Of a stretch of 64,000 nt of DNA, positions 43,384 to 55,392 are shown in pieces. The position numbers were made by a program, and so were the translations under genes. The notes below the pieces were generated by a model. That model saw only the letters and a program-made list of their open reading frames with translations. It searched no databases and was not told where the DNA came from. This DNA is from Felis catus. Its lineage: Eukaryota. Position 1 is the stretch's first letter, and the number at the start of each line of letters is the position of its first letter. The stretch lies in contig NC_058382.1 of NCBI RefSeq assembly GCF_018350175.1, forward strand, positions 61,382,001 to 61,446,000. Reading direction: 5' to 3'.

Positions 43384-46300
43384 TCAGAAGAGCCGGGGCT
43401 CCCGGTAGAGGTCAGCATCCGGCCCGGCCTGCCGTCTGCTCAGGAGGGCGGCCCTCACGTCCGGGTCAAAGTCCGCACTGGTGGCCAGCAGCTGCAAGAA
43501 ACCGACTGTGCTCAGCCGAGTGCAGCCCCCAGACACCCGGGGCCTGGGGCCAGGGAAGCTGGCAACCACAGCCCAGCAGGTAAGTGGCCACAGTGCAAGT
43601 GCCGCACCCCCGGGCTCTCCTCTTAATGGAAGTGCTGTATCTACAGCACTCTCGTTTGCTCTTCGACACACACAGCAGAGTGAGCGTCTGCGTGTTACCT
43701 CGGCCACGTTTGAGAAGCTCTCTTTTGGGCATCTAGGTATTGACCGCAGCAGAAGACGACGGGCTTCTGTTATCAAGCCGACAGGGTCACCCTGAAGAGA
43801 GGACAGGTAAAGTCACAGGTCAGGGGATCCCGTGATGAGTCAGGATGCCCCCATCTGCTCACCGTGCCACCAGGGGCGGGGCTGTCACAGGCCTCAAGCC
43901 CCGGAGAGCTGGCTGCACGGGGCTGTGAGGCGTGTCACCTGCCTGGCCCCGGCGCTCCCGGCTCCTGCTGGCTACGGTGGCGAGTGCACTGGTTTCCCCG
44001 GCGACGAAGAGACGGATCAGCTTTAGGTACATGTCGACGGCAACGTGCAGGAAGGCATCCTCCCTGGTGAGGGCGTCTTCGTCAAAGTAGGAGAGAAGGC
44101 TGAAGATAAGGAGACACAAGTGACTCTAAGACCTCACAGAGGTGAGTGGCAATCAGCACGGCAGCTGCTCATCTGAGGAATGACGTCATAGGCATCTTTC
44201 CCGTCTGGAGGGAGACACGCCGCGGTACTGAGATCTAGGGCCGGGGGAAGGGGAGGACCGCCTCCTCTGACCACGCGCGACCCCGCGGGCACGAACTCCT
44301 TCCCGGATTGCTCTGGCAGCAACCCGGGAAGTCGGTGCAGTTACCTGTAGAAGGCGAACGGCAGCAGTCTGACATACTGATCTGGGGCCAGGCGGAGGAG
44401 GACGTGGCCCAGGCCGCCGCCTGCAACACCGAGAGGGGATGGCTTTAGTCAGCTCCGTGGGTGCCCGCCTACCCTAGGGTCGGCACGTTCACGGAACGTC
44501 AGGAGCCTGGCGACGAGGGGCGACGTCCTCATTCTGGAGAGCAGGGCTGGTGGCGGAGGCAGGCAGACCCCCTGTCCCCCACCTGAAGGCCTAGCGGCAC
44601 CCTGGGACTCAGCACCCCCATGGGATTCTTTTGTCCTTTAAATGAGTTTATTCTGCATTTATCCCAAGATGTGGCTTATGTATTTGGCAAGAAGATACAC
44701 TTTGGGAAATGAGTGAGTAAAGTCAGGCCCAAAGTCCCGTTCTTAACCATCTGAAAGTTATTTCTGAAGAAAGATTAAGAAGTGGGGATCGCAACCTGTC
44801 TCTCTGCTGGGTCACCTGTGTTCCCGGATGGCTAACTAGGACAGACGCAGGCCGTCGTCCCCTGCTATCGAGTCTCAGTGGCCTCTTACCTGTCTCTGTC
44901 AACTGAAAGAGCACCAGCCAGGATACCCTCCTCTTCTCCAAACACCCCAGAATCTCAGCACAAATGTCCAAAGCCTTCGGGGTGTCAACAGCCTGTGGCC
45001 CACAGAAGAGGGAGGCTGACTAGAAGGTCGTGAGTATCCGCACAGACACACACACTGGGGAGCCTTCGTGTGTCCTGTGAGCCTTAAATGGTGACTGTAG
45101 GGGGAACAGGCCAGGGACCGTCGTGCCTGAGTCCTGAAGTAAGACCTCAAAGGACAGGCCTAGGGGTTCTCGCTTTTGAGAAACCCTTCAAGACAGAGGT
45201 TCCGGGGCTGTCCTCCCAGACACCCTACTGAGGAGGTCTCAGGGGTGTCATGCAGGCCCGCGGTGGGAAAGGTCACCTTACCTGACGCGGTCTTCCGTGT
45301 GGGGTCAGATGTGATGAAAGCAGGCCCATTAAGGAAAAGAAAAACAGGAACACCAGCAGCTGCAAACAAAACAGGTGCACTTACAACATCAAATTCCTGG
45401 GGCGCCTCATGGCTCGGCTCAGCTCATGACCTCACGGTTCATGGGATCAAGCCCCGTGTGGACAGCTCAGAGCCTGCTTGGGATTCTCTCTCCCTCCTCC
45501 AAAATAAATATATAAACTTAAATAAAATTCCCTACATTGTATCCTCAAAAAGTAATTCTAAGTAAGGACATTGTTCTTTTTTTCCTCTAAGTGGATCTTA
45601 TGAAGAAAAATTTTAAAGAGACAATTCGAGAATAAATTTGTACCGACTGGGTCATTTTATATGAGCCTTTAAACACGGCTTGCACAAGTGAGAGCAGTGA
45701 AACACCAGGCTGTTGGTGTCCCTGAGCTGCAGGGAGCTACGCCCAGCCCAGCCTCACTCCTTAGCTTCTTGTGGAGAAGTTTATAAAATCCCTAGAGAAA
45801 AACCCATACGTCCCACCCTGACCAGAGGCAGGGGCCCACCTGCCACAACCCGCTGGGACACACCCTGGCTGGGTGGGGTCTGTCTGGACACTATCCCCTC
45901 AGCTCACACAGGCCTGGGAGACTTGGAGCCACTAAAATCACTTTCAATAAAATAAACTTAGAAGAAACTCCCTTGTGGGTTTTTCCACATTAAATTATAG
46001 TTACCAAAAACCTCAGGCAGGTGTGTATGTCCAGAGCCTGGACAGGTTGACTTTTAGGTTTATTTAGAGAGAGAGCGTGCAGGCGGGGGAGTGTCAGAGA
46101 GAGGGAGAGAGAATCCCAAGCAGGCTCCACGCTGTCAGCACAGGGCCCGATGGAGGCGGGGCTTGAACTCAGGAACCCTGAGATCATGGCCTGAGCTGAA
46201 ATCAAGAGTCAAACGCTTAAGCGACTGAACATCCCCCCCCACCCCCACCCTGGCCGGGTGCTCTGACTTTCCAGTTTACCAGTGCTTTAGCTGGGGAGAC

Positions 46301-49300
46301 CCTGGAGGGACCCCGGCTGTGCAAACAGGAGCGCAGAAGGCCCCGCAGGGCAGCGGCTTGTGGAGAGGACACGAGTGAGATCAAAAGGGAACTTGATGGT
46401 CAAGTATTACTAAACTTGTCAACCTGGTAAACTTCACTTCCTCATCAAGTCAGGACGACCCCGCCCTTCCTGTCTCTCCTTGGAAAAGCCCAGTTCAGGT
46501 GAACCATGAGAAACGCAGCTGGTCAGAGCACGGGTCAGAAGCAAGCTTGCCAGAAAAGACAAGTGAGAGAATTTCGTATCTTGCCTCCTCTCCTTGGCAG
46601 CCCAGCCTCTCCAGCTGGCTCTTGACGCTGTCTTTCCCGTCTCGCTGGATTTCGAAGTAAAGTGCAGCAGCAGAGAGCCAGGCCGGGCCAGGCGCAGGGG
46701 ATGCCGTGTCAGGGAGGAGGCAGCTAGGAGATAGGGACGTGTGTCACCACAGAAGCCTCAAAACCCCGTCGTGGTCGAAAACCTCCAGTCCTCGGTCCCG
46801 TAACCGTCAGGACGCCAGCCCTGCCCACCTTCACGTCGTGCAGGGGGGGGCTTCAGAGCCAGCAGAAACAAGGTCTGTGTCCCCAGCAACCCCCGGCAGA
46901 GCCCTATGCCTGCGTCAGGCTCATCCCTGGCTTAGAGACGGGTTTCCCATCTCCTTAACGGGCCTCTGTGCTGTGGACATGGGGACAGGTGGGGCCCGGC
47001 CAGAGCACCTGGTCCCGACTAGCTGAGCTTTGCAAGAGGGTTGCGATGCACAGGCCTCTGACCTGGACCCCGCCACTCAGACCCTCGGGTTCTCTCCCAG
47101 AAAGGGTTTCCAGCAGGTCCGAAACCAGGCCAAAAATGAATGGGATATAATGCAGGAATTTGGCCTTCCTGGTCTTCTGGGACTTCAGGCACTCGTGACC
47201 CGGAGCGTTACGCGGGGCACCTCGGGGATAAAGGAGGCTGGGTGGGGTGAGCTCCTCCTGACTGCCTCTAGGAACACAGCTGTCCCCCAGTCCGGCGGCC
47301 ACCGGAGACCGCCGGCTGGGCAGACCGGATCTGCCTCTCGAACACATCCCCGTGATGCCGACACTGTCAGTCCTGGGCCGACTGCAGGCGTAAGAGGAGA
47401 GGAGGGGCGTAGGTGGGCAGCAAAGCTGGGCAGGGGCCTGCTAACATCAGTCTTTCCCGAAACATTCTCGAGCTTCTCAGACAGGAACCTGCTCGGTCGC
47501 GTCTGTTTCTTCCCTTTCTTGGCAGACCTGTCCCTATGGCCTGTCAAGGCCAACGTGTCCATGGAGATAACCCAGTGCGGGTCCCAAAGAACAGCCACGC
47601 CCCGTCCCCTTGTCCCTCTTACCTCCTGCCAAACCGCTGGGCCTCCCACAGTCTCTGCAGCTCCTGGGGCAGTGGGGCCTGGAGACATCTCCTCCACCGA
47701 CTACGGAGTTCGGGCTCCAGACGTGGCCACCACAACTTCCAGAGGAGAGAGATCACCAGTGAGCGGGTCCCGGGAGGCTCTACCCGGACACCTCCTCAGT
47801 CCCGCAGCCAAGATGCTGAACCCTCAGGTGACCACTGAAGACCGGAGCCCACCCGCCGGCGGGCACCGCTCAGCGCGGCGCACATCCCGCCCACGCCTCC
47901 GGCCTTTGGGTGGTGCCCTGTGCACTTGGGTCCATGGCAGTGCCAGGAGGGGTTTCTCTTCCTCTGCAGATAACACGATGGAGCGGGTGTTTGACACACG
48001 CCACGGCTCTTGCAGCGAACGCCACGCAAATGAGCCAAGACTAAGAGAAAAGTGGAGATATTCGGGGGCGCGGCAGCTCGGCTCCTGTGGCTGCCAGAGC
48101 CTGGGCTCCAGCTGACGAAACCAGAGGAGCTGCCTGTTGTCAGGAATCTAAGAGCACAGGGCACCGGTGGAGGGGGGGCCTCTGGATTTCAGCTCGGGTC
48201 GTGATCTCCCGGTTCGGGGGATGGAGCCCCGCGGTGGGCTCTGTGCTGACAGCGTGGAGCCTGCCTGGGATTCTCTCTCTCAAAATAAACTTAAAAAGAC
48301 ACCCGAAAGAAGCCTACGCTCTCAACCCGAGAACGTCAGGCCACGCGAGGGCCAGGCTGAGCGCCTCTCTGAAGCCCCGAGACGGTGGTCTGGCGGGACA
48401 GGGGAAACTGAGGTGGGGGACCACAGGCAACTAGGGGTCGCCTTGTGCCAACGTGGAACCACAGTGAACCCACACCCGCGTTCCCTCCCGGCAGGCACAG
48501 GCAGGGAAGCCTGCCCTCCTACGTTCTGCTGGGTTCTATTCGCCCCTCCCCCCATTTCTCCCGCATGACAAGAACTGGGTCCCCGGTCACCACGCCAGCC
48601 CCGGGAGCGCCCTGAGCAGACAGCCGTGCCTACCAGCGCAGAGGTCAGGACTAGGGGGCACTCAGTCTGGCACGCGGTCAGGACCAGGTCTGCTGTCAGG
48701 GAGGGGTCTCCACTTTGTGAACAGGCACTGAGGAGCCCCTGGAGGAGAGAACGTGCCAGAAGCTCAGTGGTTTGCACGTACACCCCGGCCCTGGAAGACG
48801 CCGTGGCCTCAAAGCACAAGTGAGAGTGAGGATGTGGCCCAACTGGTGCGAGCAGGCGACTGGGGAGGCGCAGAGGGAGGCAGTTACCCTGAAGAAGTGG
48901 ACTGTGAGGTCGTGGGTCAGTGCGCTTCCATGGGAGAAGTTTCTCTGCAAAACAGCATAAGCCAGTGAGGAAGGAACCGACGGCGGGGGGGGGGGGGGGG
49001 GGGGGGTTTCTGCTGACAGACTCTAGCTGTGAGAACACGCCTTGAAGATGGCAACCGGGTCACAGCACCACTGCTGACCAGAGATCTGGCCTTTTGTCCT
49101 CGGGCATGCTGGCCCAGAATTTGCATGGCTCAGTGCCTCTTCACATGGCTCCTCTGTGCAGCCAGAGCCCCCAGCCTGCCCACTTCGGCCCCAACACGGC
49201 CCAGGAGGTGAGGACGGCACTCTGACGGCCCTGTTGCCGGGATGGCAACTCGCCTCTCCACCCCTTGTCTGCGTCTCTGTCCTGCCCCTTTCCACATCTG

Positions 49301-52300
49301 CCAGCCTTCCCGGGCCCTTTTGAGAGCTCTGAGGAAAACAGCTTTTGCTAAGAACCCAAAGAACACCTAGTCTCATCTCCCCGGACTTCTAAGTCACCTT
49401 TTAAAGCTGTGACAGAATGGGGCCTCGCAGTTCAATCTCTAGTCATATTTGTACATTTTTAAGAAGTAAAAAGACACTGAGCAGTGTGGACGCCGGAAGC
49501 AGGGCAGACTGGTGGGACCCGTGGTCCTCGCGGCACCTCTGGCTTCCGTGCCCCCGAAATGTCAAAACTAGAAAGCAGCGGAGACACGTGGTGTGCAAGA
49601 CTCCACAGATCCTGGCGGCTGAAAGTTGAGGAGAGCTCCGGAAAGGACGGAAGCCGTCGAGGAAGGGAGCCACATCCGATGCCTGCGCCTCGCTGGCCCC
49701 GGCTCCGGCTGTGGGAGGAGGCTGGGCACACAGAGGCCCCGACTGCTGGCTCCCGGAGCAGTACCCCGTTCTTTCCCTCAGCAATCCCACGTGGTCCGAC
49801 ACACACTCAAGTGACTGGCTCCAAGTGACCACAGATGCGCTCGTGAGTTTTCGAGAACCAGTGATCGATCGCCCCCGTCCCCGGGTCCCACGGTCACTCG
49901 CCCACACCTACCAGCTCAGAGTTGACCAAGTGGAAGAACTCGGTGCAGTCAGGGGCGGCTGGCTGGCCGGCCTGGGGGCGGCCGACGACAATAGACGGGG
50001 GCAGACCGAGGAGGATCCTGGCAAAAAAGAGCTGCGTCAGCAGCGATGGCCTGGCCTCATGTCGCTCCCTGGGAGCTCGGGCTCTGGTCTGTAACCACCC
50101 TCCCTACCCGCTCCCGGAACTGGAGTCCTTTCCTGGGACTGTGCCTTGCTGGACCCACTGCCGACATGCACGAGGTCTTACCCCACGACCCATTTTAAAG
50201 CTGTGCAATAGCCAAGTAAGAGGTGCCCACAGTCTAACCAAGCTATTCCCTAGAACTCGGAGATGACGTGACCTCCTACTCATAAATGTGGCGACAATGA
50301 ATATCTCTGGGCACACAGGGTTTTCCTTATTTTGACATGAATTCTTTAGGCTACAGCTTTCAGCAAAGCAGCTCCTGAGTCTGAAGAGGAAGGCTTTAAC
50401 GCAAAGCTTCAAACCCTGATCTCCATGGGAACACCAAGGAGAAGACGCCGTCACAGGCTGGGGATAGGGGACAGAAACAAGTCACCGATGGAAAAGAAAT
50501 TCAATTTAAGACAGAATCTCTCCACGGTGCTGTGTTACCATTTGTACACAAGCAGCTCCCGCTGTCTCTGAAGGCGGGCGGCCACATCCCACCCGCTTGC
50601 CAGCGCCTGGAGCCGTCTGCGGAAAACTCCGAAAAGGAAGTGCCCCTGAGGAGGAGAGCAACTGCGGGGTGCCCCCGGGCCCTGCTCCAGGCCAGCAGCC
50701 ATCTCCTGGAAAAAGCAAGACCAAAACGGTCACGGCAGGAAGTCCTCAGGGCTGACGGTCAGCCCCAATCAGGACTCTGAAATGAGGTTGGGTGGGCTTG
50801 GGGGAGGCTCCCAAGAGGAGCTAGGAATGACCGGGACAAGCGTTTTTACTTGGAAATCATTGAAAAGTTGCAAAAATAGAACAAGAACAGTACAAAGAAC
50901 ACCGTTACCCAGTTTCACCGATGGCTAACATTTTACTGTTTATCATGTGCTCTTTTACTACACACAGGTGTGTGCGTGCACATAATCTGAGGACAAATTA
51001 CGGACGGGAGGCACGTACACAGCAGGCACTCAATAAATGCCTGTAGACTGAAAGCACAAAGTGTGTGCGGTGTCTGCGCACATTCAGATGTAGAGACAGA
51101 AAAAGCCAAGCACCCACTTTAAAGCATCGTCCCTGCCACACGTGACCCCAAACCCCAGGATGCACTGTCTGCCCTCCCCGCTCACCCCCCACCACAGCCA
51201 GTTATGACGGATGCGGCGGACAGAAGGGCAAGATGAGGGGGCTGGGGGCTCTTCTTTGTGGGATGTTTTATTCATTGGTAGGTACATTTCCCCAGTGTTC
51301 CAGACCTCCCCCTCCATGGCTTCTGTCACTCCCCACATTCTCTCTATTCAAGCACCTGGAAAGCAGAAACACCACGAGGAAGCATGAAATCCACACCCAG
51401 AATCCTGTTAACGAGGAGCTGCCCGTGTACTTCCAGAGGTACAGATTCCCCGTGTACGCTGTGGACATGGAACCAGAGCGGGCACGGTCTGCACTTTGAC
51501 CCCAGAGCCCACTCACAGGGTCCGACTTTAAGCACCCTGAAAAGACCCGAGACGAACAGGTACTCGGACTGGAAAACTATACTTTTCATTTCAAAACGAG
51601 AGCCCCATTTCCACGCCCTCGTAAGTGCGCCTGCCTCGGTGACGAGAACCCGCCAGCCTGTGGAGGTGCCGGGTGACCCTGTGGAACAGTCTCTAAGCCC
51701 TCCTTTGGCAAGTGGGGGGCTAGCTACGTCATTTCTCAGAGGCTGGCATCCAAACAGAGCAGCCAAGAGCTAAAAAGCAGACAGCGGTGCAGAGCAATCA
51801 TGTTACTACTGAAGCTGCTATTTGCTCAGTTGCCTCTATTTTCAGATTTTAAATGTCCCAAAGCCCGGAGATGGTTCTGGCACCACAGCTTTTGTTTCTG
51901 CATTTTTTTGTGATACTCACTGGTGAAGTGAGCACACTGTCCCTCTGGGTCTGGGACCTTATATGCATGATGTTGGTTTTCATTCTGCTGGGGAGCCTCA
52001 GGACCCGTTGCAGATATTTCTAATAAACATCTTGGGGTGCCTGGGTGGCTAAGTCAGTTGAGTGTCCGACTCTCGGCTCAGGTCATGATCCCAGGGTTGT
52101 GGACTGCAGCTCCACATCACACTCCACGCTGAGTGTGGAGCCCGCTTAGGATTCTCTCTCCCAAGGGGCGCCTGGGTGGCTCAGTCGGTTAAGCATCTGA
52201 CTTCATCTCAGTTCATGATCTCATGGTTTGTGGGTTCGAGCCCAGCATCAGGCTCTGCACTGACAGCATAACTGCTGAGGATTCTCTCTCTCTCCCTTTC

Positions 52301-55300
52301 TCTGCCGTTCCCCCACTTGCGTGCACTCTCTCTCAAAATTAATAAAAACAAAAAACAAAAAAAACCTCTCTCCCTGGCTCACATTCTCTGTAAAATAAAA
52401 ATAAAAATAATCTTAATAGCAGATGACATAGATGCAGTGAAACACTGGGTTTCACATATTCTAGCTCACCTGCAATCTGGAAAAAATATCCCGATTTCCT
52501 GGGCAGCCACTGAGAACCAAATCAGAATTCTCTGAGTAGTTGTAACTCCTCGAACTGAAACAAAACACAACAAAAGCCTCCTAAGTATCTCCTGATGTGC
52601 GGGCATTCCAGCCTCCCCTCCCGCCTCCAGACTGGCGTGTGGTCACAGAGCCAGGAGGTCCCAGAGGACCATGTGACACCCACAGTCATCAACAACGAAC
52701 AACAAAACATACACACAAAATTCTAGCAACCCCAATTGAGCAACATCCTGAAACAATTATGTACCATGACCAAGTGGGATTTATTCTAAGAATGCAAGGT
52801 TGGTTCAACACCCTAAAATCAATGTAACACATATATCTATAGGATAAGAAAACAAAAACCATACGATCATCTCAATAGACACACATAAAACATTAGACAA
52901 AATTCAATACCCTTTCATGAGAAAAACACTCAACAAACTAAGACCAGAAAGGAACTTCCTTAACCTGATAAAGGCCATCTGTGAAAAACCCACGGTTCAC
53001 ATCATACTTAATGATGAAAGACTGAAAGCTTTCCTCCTAAGATCAGAAATAAGACAAAGTTGTCCTCTCTCCCACTTCCATACAACATTGCACTGGAAGT
53101 TCTAGCTGGGACAGTTCACTCAGAAAAAGACATAAAAGGCATTCAGATTGTAAAGGAAAAAGTTAAACCATCTTATTCAGAGATGACATCTTGTATATAG
53201 AAAATCCCAAAGAATCACCAATAAAAAAACTACTAAAGCAAGTAAGTTCACAAAGTTGCAGGACATGAAATCAATATACAAAAATCAGTTGTATTTTTCT
53301 AAACCACCAAGAGTGGAATTAATAATTCCATTTACAATGGTGTTAGAAAGAATAAAATACCTCAGGATAAATTTAACCAATGAGGTGTAAGACATGTACA
53401 CTGAAAACTATAAAATACCATTGAAAGAAGGTTCACAGAAAGATTCAGTATGGGTAAAATGGTAATAGTGCTAACATGCATCTACAGATACAGTGCAATC
53501 CTAGCAGAATCCCAGCTGATTATGTTAAAACTGACAAACTGATCCTGAAATTCAGATGGAATTGCAAGGACCTAGAATACCCAAAACAATCTTGGGCAGG
53601 GGGGTGGGGGGCGTGTGTGGGGGGGTTGTTGAGGGATTCACATTTCCCGATTTAAAATTTCCTACAAGCCTTCAGTAATCAAAACTGCGATACTGGCATA
53701 AGAACAGACATAAACACCATCTCAATAAGAAAAGGTCAGAAACAAATTTTCACACGTATGGTTAGTTGATTTTCGGCAAGGATGTTGAGCCCATTTAATG
53801 GGGAAGGACGGTCTCTTCCGCAAAACGTGCTGGGACAACTGGATGTCCACATGCAAAAGAATGAAAAGGGATCCCTTCCTTATTCCATATACAAAAATTA
53901 ACTCAAATTAATCAAAGACCTAAATTAAGAGCTAAAATTAAAAAGATAAATTAGACTTCATCAAAATTTATTTTTATTATTGTTTTTAAAAATTTTTAAT
54001 GTTTCTTTTTGAGAGAGCAAGAGACAGAGCATGAGTAGGGGAGGGGCAGAGAGAGAGGGAGACACAATCTGATGGAGGCTCCAGGCTCTGAGCTGTCAGC
54101 ACAGAGCCCGACGTGGGACTTGAACCCACAAACCATGACATCATGACCTGAGTCGAAGTCGGATGCTCAACCAACTGGGCCACCCAAGCGCCCCAGAAGG
54201 GGAGAAAATATTTGCCACTCATATCTGATAAGGATGTGGTATATAGCATACATAAGGAACACAACTCCATAAAACATCCCAATTTTAAAATGGGCAAAGT
54301 ATAGGACATTTTCAAAGAAGATACACAAATTGCCAACCCATAAATGAAAATATGTTCAACATCAATAGCCACCAGGGAAAAACAAATCAAAACCATGATA
54401 TATGCCAATGCATGTCCATTAGGAGGGGTGTAAGTAAAAGATAATGACAACTATGTTGATGATAACGGGGAGGAACTGGAACCCTCTGATGCTGGAAAAC
54501 AGTCTGGTAGTTCCTAAGAAAGTTAAAGTATAACACAGCATACCCCATTCTTAGGCATATGCCCGAAAGAAATGAAAACACAGGACCACAGAAAAGCCTG
54601 TACACACATGTTCTTAACAGAATTATTCATAGTCAAAAGGGGAAGACCCAATGTCCATCAACTAATGAATAAACAAAACGTGGTCCATCCTTCAATGGGA
54701 TACTACTCAGTAATAAAAAGAATGAAGTTCTGATACATGCTACGATATATCGATTTTTAAATTTTATTTAAATTCTAGTTAACATATAGTGTAATAATAA
54801 TTTCAGGAGAATTTAGTGATTAATCACTTACAACACCCAGTGCTCGACCCGAAAAGTGCCTTCCTTAATGCCCATCGCCCATCTACCCGCCAGCCAACAC
54901 CCTCCAGCAGCCCTGTTTGTTCTCTGTATTTAAGAGTATATTATGGTTTGTCTCCCTCTCTCTTTTAAAAAAAATGTTTTTCATGTTTATTTGGAGAGAG
55001 AAAGTAGGGGAGGGGTAGAGAAAGAATCCCAAATGGGCTCTGTGCTGTCTGCACAGAGACTGACATGGGGCTCGATCCCACAAACTATGAGATCGTGACC
55101 TGAGCCGAAATTAAGAGTCAGCCATTTAACCAGCTGAGCCACCCAGGCGCCCCCTCCCTGTCTCTTTTTATTTTTCTGTCTATTCCCCTGTGTTCCTCTG
55201 TCTTCTTTCATAAATTCCACAGATGAGTGAAATCACGATATTTATCTTTCTCTGACTTATTTCGCTTAGCATAATCTACTCTAGTTCCACCCATGTGGTT

Positions 55301-55344
55301 GCAAGTGGCAAGACTTCATTCTTTTTGATCAGCGAGTAATATTC

Positions 55345-55392
<48 letters not shown>

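Noticed and set aside
47030..48115. 361 aa plus-strand ORF antisense to FANCA
   Set aside because: Non-ATG (TTG) start, no recognisable domain, spans a FANCA exon on the other strand; long ORFs are expected by chance at this GC content. A PhyloCSF signal would be needed to revive it.
50843..51050. Possible extra FANCA exon or ncRNA in an AT-rich block
   Set aside because: Flanking exons already join in frame; the sequence resembles an old L1M 3' UTR fragment, but I cannot assign it confidently.
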